Shown here in pieces: positions 49,058 to 64,000 of a stretch of 64,000 bases of DNA. This DNA comes from the human T2T-CHM13v2.0 reference genome, Homo sapiens. The DNA lies in the NCBI RefSeq assembly GCF_009914755.1, contig NC_060928.1. One strand, 5' to 3'. A model generated the notes under the pieces. It did not search any database. It was not told where the DNA came from and was given only the letters and a program-made list of their open reading frames with translations. The stretch's first letter is position 1; every line of letters begins with the position of its first letter. The translations under genes were made by a program, and so were the position numbers.

Positions 49058-50803
49058 CTCTCCTTCTAGATACGAACTCTCTGAGAACAAGGTTATTCTC
49101 TTACTTCTCTTTATATCCCCAGAACTGAGCAGAATTAGTACCTGACAGTAGCTATTTAATACAAGAATAAAGACATAAAACAAAAAAAGGGAAGAAAACT
49201 CATAAGGAAGGGAGAGATTTAAGAGGAAAGTTAAATATGACTTGGTAATAATGGACACTTGAATCAGAATCCCGAGTCTATAATGGCACCATTAACAAAA
49301 GTTGAGAACCAAATAACAGGAATTGGGTAGTATAAGTTCCATGTTAGATACATTGAATTTATTTTGCCTGTGGGACAACCACATGGAATTTCTTGCAAAC
49401 CAATGAGGGTGATAGTCTGGAACTTAGAAGAGAGATGTGGGTTGGGATGAAACAAAGTATTGAGTGCTGAGTTCTTGAAGTTGTGACATAGTCTTTAGGG
49501 TGCTCTTACCTCCAATCCTGCTCCACCGGGGCACTGTTACTTAGCTTTTCTAGTCTAACCCTCTCTATTATTTCTTTTCCTTCCCACTTCTCAACTATTT
49601 GACTTTCCCATAATCATTCAGGTTTCCTTTTCCTCTTCTTATTTAGTCCTCCAGATATAACTGTCAGCATGAAAACCCCATTGCCAGCTCCCTTGAGCCT
49701 GCTGATGTGAATTTCACACTGATAGACACTAGTTGAAACACTTATACTAATCTAATTTTGTGTATAGTGTTAAGAACATGGCCTTCAGCCATGGAAGAGC
49801 TGAGTTCAAATTCTACTTCTACTATTTAATTGGTTATGTAATCATGATCAAGATGAAATATCTCTCTGAGGTTATAACTTCTTTATTCATGAACTAGACA
49901 ATATACCCACATTTTCAAGGAGATTAAATAAAGTTATATGTGTACAATGTCTGGGAAATTGTGGAAACTCAGTTAAATCCCTACATTTGTTTTGGGGGAT
50001 GAAAAAATATTATTGTGCTCACATTGTGTTTTGTTCCAGCTGCACTGGAATTTTGCAAATTACTACTTTAAATGTGAAATCAGTTGAACAATACAACTAC
50101 ATGACTAAAAAGCATTCACAGTCCCCACTGGATTTGGGGAGTAGTGTGTAGCAATGAGGAAAAATTTACATACAATATGAACCTCATATTTGTTAGAAAA
50201 AGTGATGTCAGGTCACTAGGAATCACGTTTTCTGCAAAGTATTCATCACAAAATACAGACAGTTATTTTAATTATAATAATTGTGCACCTGGTTCTTCTT
50301 ACAGCAAGTTCACATTTGCATATCTGCCTCCCAGATAGAGACAGATAACTAAGAATTTCTCTATCTGCCCACAATCTATACCTGGCTTTCTGTACATTTT
50401 CTTGCATAACCTTAGGGATTATAATTGTAGCCTGACTGTCTCCAATCCACTTTCATGTGGCAGTCTCAGTAATCTTTCTAAAATGCCACATGATCAAATC
50501 AATCTCCTACCCACCGCATTTAGGATGAAAGGAAAGCTTTGTAGGTTGGCATGTAGTGCCCTTCACTATCAGTTTCTGGTTGACTTTTCCTGTCCTATTT
50601 CATATCACTGCCCCCCTCATAATCTTTGCCTTGAAGTCCCGCTCCTCCTCTTGATTTCTGTTCTTTTTTGGGAACTGGCCCTTCCTCTACTTCCCTTAAC
50701 CTGGCTTAGACTAATCCTTCCTCCTTTTTCATCCCTCCTCAGTGCCAGCATCTCCCTCTCCTCATCTACACCGCTTTCCCCGGAGTCTGGGTTGGCTGTT
50801 TAA

Positions 50804-51778
<975 letters not shown>

Positions 51779-51958
51779 TTATTTATATACTTTGCGAGAA
51801 TAAGTTAATGCCCTTTGAGATATACATGCAGTCATTTGGAGGAACATAATTTAAACTGCTGGCTTAAAATGCTTGGATCTTGCACAACTGCAGAGTTTAG
51901 AAGTACTTCAGTTTGACCAAACAGTTGTCCATGTTGTGATGCTGGGCACATTCCTCAC

Positions 51959-54190
51959 CTGCCTCTATCTTAATGTTGTCTTCCCTCCTCATGGGCTGTT
52001 TAGGTGCTCTGAGAATACATCCTGTGAGCTTCTATGAGTCCCAGGGGTTTAACTAATTTGTTTTTAAATTTTAAGTAAAATCATGGCTGAAAATTGTCAG
52101 GTAACATCCCAGGAGCCCTCATATGAAGAAGCACCTAAAAAGTCCCATCATCATATTTAAAAGGGAGATTTGGGGGGGTGGGGGGGTTCTGTTAAAAAAA
52201 AAAAAAAGCACCGATGTCAGAAACATGCTTCATCTTATTAGAAACATAATCTGAAATGTATGAGATTAGGTTGTCAAAATTAAGAAAGTGCTGGAATTTC
52301 ATTGAGTGTGCTAAAAATGTAATTTAAGAATTCTTGTAAGGAAGATGATGGAGGAAAGTGTAGCTAACAAAGTTAAATATCTGCAACTCCATTACATAAT
52401 TACTCTCCTTTTGTTTATGTCTGAAATTTAAAAAGTAGATATAAAAAATTTTTTAAAGTAGATATAGTGTAATCACTTTTTAAAATAGCCTTCTTATTGA
52501 CTATTTATATAAGATGACCAGCAGAAGAGAGAGAAAGGCAACTTAAAAAATAATAATAACTCACTGGCATGGCTATCCTTCTTTTTTATTCATTATCAGA
52601 AAATTAATTTGATTTAGTCTTTTTAAATAGCCAGTCACCATTCACGAAATAAATCAACAGAAGTGTGTACTGGAATTATTTACTTGCTTGTTTCTGCCAC
52701 CACACTGGAATGTCATGAAAATAGGAGCTCTGTCTTTGTCATCAATATGGCTCGTCACCTAGCACATTGCCTTAAGAATATTGATATAAATGGAATGACT
52801 TACTCTCTGAACCAAAGCTACATCATCTTCAACAAAATTTTTGCAAAATTACAATCTTCAATTCCAAAGGCAGGAAAATAAAATGATCACACTTCCACTG
52901 TCAACATCATTTACTAAGTTGACCACAGTTTGAAGAGCCCTATAGGAGATACTATGGGATGACACAAAAAGAACACAAAAAAGGAAAACATTTTAGATAG
53001 AAGTGGTAAAAGTTTTCAGATTATAAAATATTACCATGCTAATATATATTTCACAATGAAATGTATTCATTATATAGCAAAAACGTTAAAATACTTGTTA
53101 TTGATTAGAATAGAGATCAGTCTCTGTTAGAAACCTTTAAAAGGTGTACAAACACTTTGTAAGAGATGACTCCTGTCCCATCCTGCTCAGGGATGACCAG
53201 AACTTTCATCTTAGATAGATACACCACCAGGTTTCATCAGGGACACCTTAATTATTTTAGCTGTCTAGGTAAACCAATCTCCCGATGGGAGGATATGGAG
53301 TAGGGCGAAGAGTTATATTTTGGAAAACAATCCATGGGAAATTAAGTCAAGTAGCCAAAGGTTTAATTTGGAAATGCAAATATCCATCAATTAGGTTTTC
53401 AATTATGTGGACAATAAAAGAGTTGAGCAGAGCAGTAGAGACAAACAAAATTAAAAAGAGAAAAGGCAGAGAAGGCAGGGAGGGGCTTATTTTCACACAT
53501 TATACCAATTTACATTACACATCATATTAAATTTAAGTAAGGCGCTTTTCTTCATCCAAATAATTTCACCCATTTTAAACCATAAAATACTGTCGGCGAA
53601 ATCTCATCTGGGCCATTTGATGTAATCTTTCTGCGTCCCTTTCAGGAAGGAAGGTGCGACAACACAATGAAGACAGCCTGTTGCTTTCCTTGGTATGTTT
53701 ACAGCAGGAATCGGGCAGCGACTTAACTAGACATAAGTTTCCCCTTCTTCCCATGGGTCTATTTGCCAAAGCCCCCTGCACCTATTAGAATTTTCTGAGG
53801 TTGGGCTGGTGGAGAGCAGAAACCCGGAGGCTAGATTCAGGAGACCTGGTTTCCCATGCCACTTAGTAGCCTGTGACATTGAGCACAATACTTACTTTTC
53901 GGCGCTTCCGTTTCATTATTTGGGAAATGGGAACAATATATCTGTTTTATAAGATTGTTGTGAAGATGAAACAGGCCTGTGTGTGAAAGGCCTTTTCTAA
54001 ATTGTAAAGCGCTCCCCAGATGTTAGTTATTATCTCCTTTAAAGGGCACAGAATCTGTTTCAATATTATAGGAGGTTGCAAAAAGGCTCCTTGACACTTT
54101 TTGCTCAGAACTTGACCCTGAGCTTAATCTCGCCGTAAAGTGAAAGGGTTCTTGCGCCCCCACAGCAGCCCGGGGCAGGGTCACCCTCGC
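51959..54190 (-). ncRNA. Candidate spliced divergent antisense lncRNA from the AFF1 promoter (AFF1-AS1-like)
   Basis: Minus-strand donor AAA|GTAAGT at 53896/53895 and a candidate 63-nt exon 52021-51959 (CACAG| ... CAG|GTGAGG). Splice signals only, no transcript evidence. Confidence 0.35.
53800..54030 (+). mobile_element. MIR next to the AFF1 CpG island
   Basis: GGAGACCTGGTTTCCCATGCCACTTAGTAGCCTGTGAC...GTTGTGAAGATGAAA...TTGTAAAGCGCT. Confidence 0.75.
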
Positions 54191-55700
54191 GACCGGGGCG
54201 GTCATTGCCGTATTCCGTCCTGAGCTGCCGCTCCCCCACGATCCTCCCACCAATCCCGGGAGGGCCGCGACGTCCCTTGCCGCTTGGGTGGCGCCAGCTA
54301 GAGGGCGCGGGCCGGGGCGGAACCCGGTACCGCAGCTCGGGAGGTGGGGGTGGGGGCGGGGCCTCGCGCGGAGGGCGTGGCCTCGGGGCGTCCCGGGCAG
54401 CCGGCGTGCTGAGCTTGCCAGCCAGCTAGCGAGCGACGGGCGCGCGCGGCCCCTGCGCACTCGGCCGCCGCCTGCGCGCGTTGCGGCCGCAGCTGCACCT
54501 TTGCCTCCGCGGTTCCGCAGCCGAGCCCCGGGAGGAGGCGCTCCCCTGCGTCGTCCGCACTTGCGCCCTTTCCCACCGCAACAGGTCAGGGGAGGGCGGA
54601 GGTGACGAGGGCGCCCGACCCGGGACTAGAGGACGGAAGGGTCTGGAAGGTGAGCGCAGCCCTGCGCCACCCAGGGCTGGGGGTCGATCCGCCCGGCCCC
54701 CGACGCCGCCGCCGCGGACTTCTCGGAAGCCGAGGCTCTCCCCGCCTCTCTGCCGGCTTCCCAGCACGCTGACTCAAGTCGCTGGCGTTCCCACTTTTCC
54801 GGTGGGAGCCCTCGGGGAGAACGGGCTAGGGCTCAGAGCTCTCACCGCCCTACTTGCGATCCCGCGGCAGGTAGCGCGTAGAAAAACAGGGGACGGGGAC
54901 ATGGGAAGAGACCCATGCTCCTCCCTCACCCGCAGCCCCCAAGTCAGACGTTTGCCTGTGCACCCCGCGTTTTGCGGAGAGCTGTCCCGTTGTTGGGACC
55001 TGCTACTTGAGTTGCGTAATGAGTCCCAGAAGTTTCTCGGGGGGAGGGGGCGGGGAAAAGTGGGGTTCTTCTCTCCTGCACCCCGGGACCCTTCCCTGTG
55101 CCTGTCGTGGAGAGAGATGAGGGCTTCCCGCCGCGTCTCGCTGAGAGCAGGAGGGAGGCGTGTGTCGGTGGTCCGTAGCCTCCGGGGAGGAGTTGGAGCC
55201 ACCTTCTGAGACTTAACTTCAGGGACAGAGGGAGAGGCGTCTTTAGTATGGGACTGGTTAATTTCTCTTGATAATGCTTTTTTCCCTCGGGTGTCCCATC
55301 CTCTGTGGCCGTCGCAACCCCACCCTCCGACGGTGCGAGCGCCGGAGCCAGCGAATGAGAGGGGAGAGAAGGTGGAGAGTGTGAATCACACGTTACCTTA
55401 GTGTAATGGTAGTTGCATTAATGGAGCTGCGACGGGCCTGCGGGCGGTTCGATACCGTCCGGCTAGTTTTCTCTTCCCGGAGCTTCTCCACCACCAGCAC
55501 CCGCAAATTGTTATGCAGATCATCCCGGGAAGGCACTTGGCTTTGGAGGTGGAGATGTGTCCGAATCTCCCTTGAACCAGTCTCTGTTAGGGGGAAAGGC
55601 CTTGCAGCCAAGTGATTTGTTTTAAGGGTGGAGCCGGAGATAATTTTAAACACCCTCCCCCTTGGTGCACGTTGCGGGGTGTGACTCACCACGGGGAAAT
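54130..55700. promoter_or_regulatory. Large CpG island, probable bidirectional AFF1 promoter
   Basis: CpG-rich non-repeat DNA; CCAAT at 54250; GC boxes near 54314 and 54352; CTCF-like CAGCTAGAGGGCGC near 54295; G4 motifs; splice donors on both strands. Confidence 0.9.
54355..54584 (+). other. AFF1: Probable non-coding exon 1 of AFF1 (AF4); intron 1 runs beyond the window end
   Basis: Donor CAACAG|GTCAGG at 54584/54585 downstream of GC boxes. Identity inferred from the recalled head-to-head C4orf36-AFF1 arrangement; 5' boundary approximate. Confidence 0.7.
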
Positions 55701-56958
55701 CAGACTGATTTAAAACCTTCAGTGCAAACTTGTAAATTAAGGCGAAGACCCAGTGTTCCCTGGGACAGTTGCAAAGTGGGAAGAGCTCAGAAACTGAAGC
55801 ACAGAAACGTTAGGTAGGAGTCTGAGAGGCGTGGAGAATTTTGCTTGTGCAAGATTATTTCAGAGCAAGGTCGTGCGGTGTGTGTAGAAGGTAGGTGGCC
55901 GTGGGTTACCTCTCTCAGACCTGCGTGGTGTTGGCCTCTGGGTGGGGATAAAAGTCACGAAAAAGACCTTTGGACCCAGAGTCTAGTTTTTTTTCTTTGG
56001 GGCCGAAGAATACCTAGGCATGGCCCTGTTTCAGTGTTTACTTCCTCTGTCTAATGTATTTCCTTAGCTCGCCTTTCATCTTTAGTGGGAAGGATTACTT
56101 GAGTGGATATTCCGGAAGTAGATTCACAGGAGAATGGAAAATTCTGGATGGTTTGCTTGCTTTAATTTCAAGGTGTTGTCTCTTGTGGATGTTGGGAAGT
56201 ATTGTACTTGAATATTTGAAGATAAATATGGAGAAAAGCAGTGGTGAGAACTAAAGGAAAATGATCCAAGGGGAGATGAGAGAAAGCAACAAAATACATA
56301 AGTAGTACGTAAAACTAGAGAAACTCACTGGAATTAAGCCATTTTTATGGAGAGAAAGAACCAAGGAAATAATTTGGGATAGATTTGGTCACTTTGAGAC
56401 AAATAGAGATTGAAGAGTGGGACTTTTGGGGAAAATGAGTTTAGATATTGGAGACTTTTCTTTTTTCAAATATAACTTACAAGGATGTTGAGGCTGGAGA
56501 TGTGAGACTTGCAGGTATGTTGCTGTGAATTCTTTGCTTTTCACCTGCAAGAAAATGAACTGTTAAATATTAATCTGCCTTATTCACTGTAACAATTGAA
56601 TTTGTGGCTTTGGCATTTGCTTAACTCTTCAACTTTGCAAAACTATAATTTTGAAGAATCACAGTGTGTTAAATTAGAATACAAAGATCATTTAGAGATT
56701 GAAAATTTATGACAAAAGTCCAGGCCATTGTAAACATTGCTTTCTCCTACATGCGTAACAGGCATGCATTTTTTGCCACCAGAATCACTAATCTACTATA
56801 GGGTGATAAGACTATATCAAAACTAGCTGTCTCTTCTGTTTCCTCTCCGGTTTAACTGAATTTTGCAGAGCTGGTTGAGGTGAAAGTTACTTTTTTAATT
56901 GACTGAGAACTTGCTTAATTAGGTTTTGGATTAAATTTGGAAGAGACTATTCAATTAA

Positions 56959-57949
<991 letters not shown>

Positions 57950-59126
57950 TCAACAATGGTTTCTGAAGTTTAATTGGCAGTTGCTTTCTAGTAGTCTCTT
58001 TTTTTAAGACACAGTAGAAGCTTATTTAATAGTGTTGATTTGGATCTTAGATTTTAAAATAGATTACATAAACTCTGTAATCCATTTATTAAAATTCTAC
58101 CACAGCATGGAAATAAATGTGAAATATGTGGCTCTTTGTAGGTACACATCCATTATTCATGATTGTTTATATCTGGACAACAGATTGTTATAGACTTGAC
58201 ACCATGAGACCCCAAGGTCATCAGGGTTGCTAATAGGAGTTTCTGTTGTATGCCTTAGGACAGAACTTCAGTAGTATTCCCGAAGGGAAGAAAATCAGCT
58301 GATTTTCTTAAATTATCTGGCCCATTTTAAACATGACTAAGGATTTCTTGCTAGAGTGACTTTTTCCTATTAAAAGACTGAGATTATTGTGACAAATAGT
58401 GCCTGAAGGAATCAATTACATCATTAATATAGTATCTCATATTCATTCCTAATACCGCGTAAGTATTGAGTAGCTTCTGTGAGCCAGACGGTATCCTAAG
58501 CATTGGAGAAATTGTGATGGTAACATGATCAAGAAAGGGCCTGTGCAGGTGGAACTTATATTGGCACTTCACTGTTTACCAACAGCTTTCACATGGCATA
58601 ATCATTTAAGCCTAATTGTGACTCTGAAATTGGAATTCATTTTCCATTTTAAAATCAGGAAATTGAGTTGAAGAAGTTAAGTGACTTTGTGACTCAAAGC
58701 CTGGTGCCCTTTCTACTATGGTACACTGTGTTGGCTATGTTGATGTGTGGTTTCCTGTTTTTCAAGAATTACAGCTTGACTCTAAAATATAAATAGTGTT
58801 TCTCCTTGGGTAAGTAATTCTTTCTGATCACTATGGGAATAAAAACAAGTATTTTCATTTAGGATTTTGAACATTTGTGCCTCCAAAGGAAAAAATTATG
58901 CAAACCTATTTAACAGACACGTGGTGTTTATTTGCACTAGATAAGAATCCTTACCTTTCTAAAAATTAAATACAGGGCCTTACAGACTAGCTGCCTTAGT
59001 GCTTGAAAACTATTATTCAACTTGTGAAAGCTCAGTTCATAAATTTTTTAGAGCATATCCCTATGTAAGTCAGAACATACTCATACCGTTTCCTTCTTAT
59101 AGATACAGTGAATATGTGCAGCCTGG

Positions 59127-59311
59127 CAGTAGTTCTCAGACCTATAATGTACTCCTGAAAGGCTTGTGAAAACACAGGTGTGCTCCTCTTACCCGTCCCC
59201 CGAGTTTCTGATGCAGCAGGTCTAGGGTAATGCCCAAGAATTTGCATGTGTAACATGTTTGTGGCTGATATTGATGCTGTTATTTCTGGAACAACACTTT
59301 GAGAACCACTG
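59127..59311. mobile_element. MER5A DNA transposon
   Basis: Terminal inverted repeats CAGTAGTTCTCA / TGAGAACCACTG. Confidence 0.85.
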
Positions 59312-61235
<1,924 letters not shown>

Positions 61236-61744
61236 GATAATCTGAAACAGACAATTGATGCCTCTGCTTGTAAAAATATGCACAAATACCACAGACCCAT
61301 GGAGAAATTGTCTCCGAACACCTTTCCAATCCTCCGTTTTTTTTTTTTCCTTATAAATTGGAGTGAGCAATATAGCAATATCTTCTTTATTGAGTAGTTG
61401 AACAGAGTAAAGGTACTAAGATTTGGCAAGTTCTTGGAGCAGAGCATAGTAAGTGCTACATAAATGTTTGCTATTATTACTCCTGAAGGAAGAGATTGTG
61501 TTCTCAGTCTTTTTTTCTTTTTTATGGTAAATATTGTCTCATAAGATGAAGTAATTGGTTTACTTTGAATAAATGGCAAACTTTGAGTTTGTTCCAAGAA
61601 ACTTTTGTAAGGGTCCAAATTCTGAAATGAGGACAATGCCTTGTACGATATTTTACCAGCCCACAGGGAATGAGGTAGAGACATTTTCTACCAATATCCA
61701 TGTGCTTTTCTGTGTTTCCTAGCTTCTTTATGGTTACACAGAAT

Positions 61745-61796
61745 CAGGTGACTCATCTGTCCAGATAAGCAGTGAGTCACAGATAAGCAATAAACA
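61745..61796. promoter_or_regulatory. Candidate intronic enhancer (2x AP-1, 2x GATA, E-boxes, forkhead)
   Basis: TGACTCA 61749, CATCTG 61754, AGATAA 61763, TGAGTCA 61773, AGATAA 61781, AATAAACA 61789. Confidence 0.5.
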
Positions 61797-62972
61797 TTTA
61801 TTTATTTAGCATAAGTTAACTCCAGATAGTAAGTAGTAAGTACTATGAAAAAATAGAAGTGTGGCCAGCACTGCTATTTTCCTACTCAGTAGCCATTCCT
61901 GTTTGTTCTTGTTGTCACTAAAAGAACTTTAATTGCTAAGAGACTACATTTGTCCAGTCTTAGGTAATAGATCATGTTTGTTCTCAGCCAGTGGTGACAG
62001 TTTGTATCTTGATTTACCTGCTTCCTTTAAAGCTAGAAGAACCTGGGTGACCTAGTTCTGGTTTTTTGATGGTAAAGATTTTTGGCAAAAATAGACAAAT
62101 ATGTCAGGCAAAGCCACACCTTCCTCTTCTCCTCCTCTTCGTGCCTTGAATATGAATGAGATCTCTCGTTCATAAGATGGACCATGGCAAGCATGAAGAC
62201 AACATGCTAAATAGGCAAAGCAGAAAAAGTCAGAGTTCCTGATGCCTCATTGCATAGCTAACAGTATGCCAAGTAGCCACCCTCTTCTAGACTTGCTGTA
62301 GGAGAAACATAAACTTCTATTAATTTAAACAGTTATTACTTACAGCTAAACACATTCCTAACCCATATAATAAGCATAATGGAGTAGAGAGTTGTGGGTT
62401 GGCTGGAGAGAGTCCTTGAGGGACAGCATTGTCACATTAGCTTTGAGAGTCAGTGGAGGCCTCTCTGAGAATGTCATTGGAGCTGAGCACCTAATGATCA
62501 GAGGGAGCCAACAATATGTGGGATGTGTACTTGAGTGTAGCGTAGCACCAGAACCCCGTTGAACAAAACTTCAAAGTGTAGAAGAGATAGTTGGGGAAAT
62601 TGTATTCCTTTATGGATTTCTGAGCTTGTGAGGTCCATGTGCATTGGAGAGCCTAGAGGAACTGTAGATGATCAGGTCAGTTTGGGGTCCTGGGAGATTA
62701 TGATCTCTCCCAGGGGTAGATCTCTCTACTAGGGGTAGAGTTCTAGAGAATCAGACTAAAACAGAATGTATGTCCCATGACTTATCCCTAACACATTGCC
62801 TGTTACCAAGAGACTGTTATTCCTGGGTAAAGGAGAAGTATAGTTGACGAGGGACTAACTAGCCTACAGGCCTCTGAACAGAGTAATTTTTCTCATATTC
62901 TCCTTTGGAAACTAGATTGTGGTCCGGGGACTGGGGAGCTGCTTGCTCTGTTTGTCCAGTTGAAAAGTTCCC

Positions 62973-64000
<1,028 letters not shown>

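Noticed and set aside
54023-55692. Overlapping ORFs of up to 242 aa as AFF1 coding sequence
   Set aside because: CpG-island artefacts; none resembles the AFF1 protein, whose coding exons should lie beyond the window.

Overview
Primate (almost certainly human) genomic DNA, dense in Alu and other repeats; nothing prokaryotic. The only protein-coding sequence is the spliced minus-strand CDS of C4orf36: three coding exons (10917-10853, 7691-7537, 7309-7176) with canonical GT-AG junctions give 117 aa. Its CpG-island promoter is at about 11.3-12.1 kb. A second, larger CpG island (about 54.1-55.7 kb) is most likely the promoter and non-coding first exon of AFF1. That call rests on recalled gene order at 4q21.3, because no AFF1 coding sequence lies in the window. 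Between the two islands are a processed ARPC1A pseudogene broken by two Alus, a solo ERV9/LTR12 inside an Alu that points at C4orf36, and a layered ERV-L/MaLR/Tigger nest. A 5'-inverted (twin-primed) L1PA with TSDs lies at 4.1-6.7 kb, downstream of the C4orf36 CDS. Almost all listed ORFs are Alu, L1 or GC-rich artefacts. I found no convincing new biological system. The best leads are regulatory or mechanistic: LTR12 as a possible alternative C4orf36 promoter; a start-stop uORF and a possible NMD splice switch in C4orf36; antisense splice signals at both islands; an AP-1/GATA cluster; a MLT2/MST composite under one TSD; and repair scars in Alus. Repeat subfamily names and most repeat boundaries were assigned by eye from remembered consensus sequences and are approximate.
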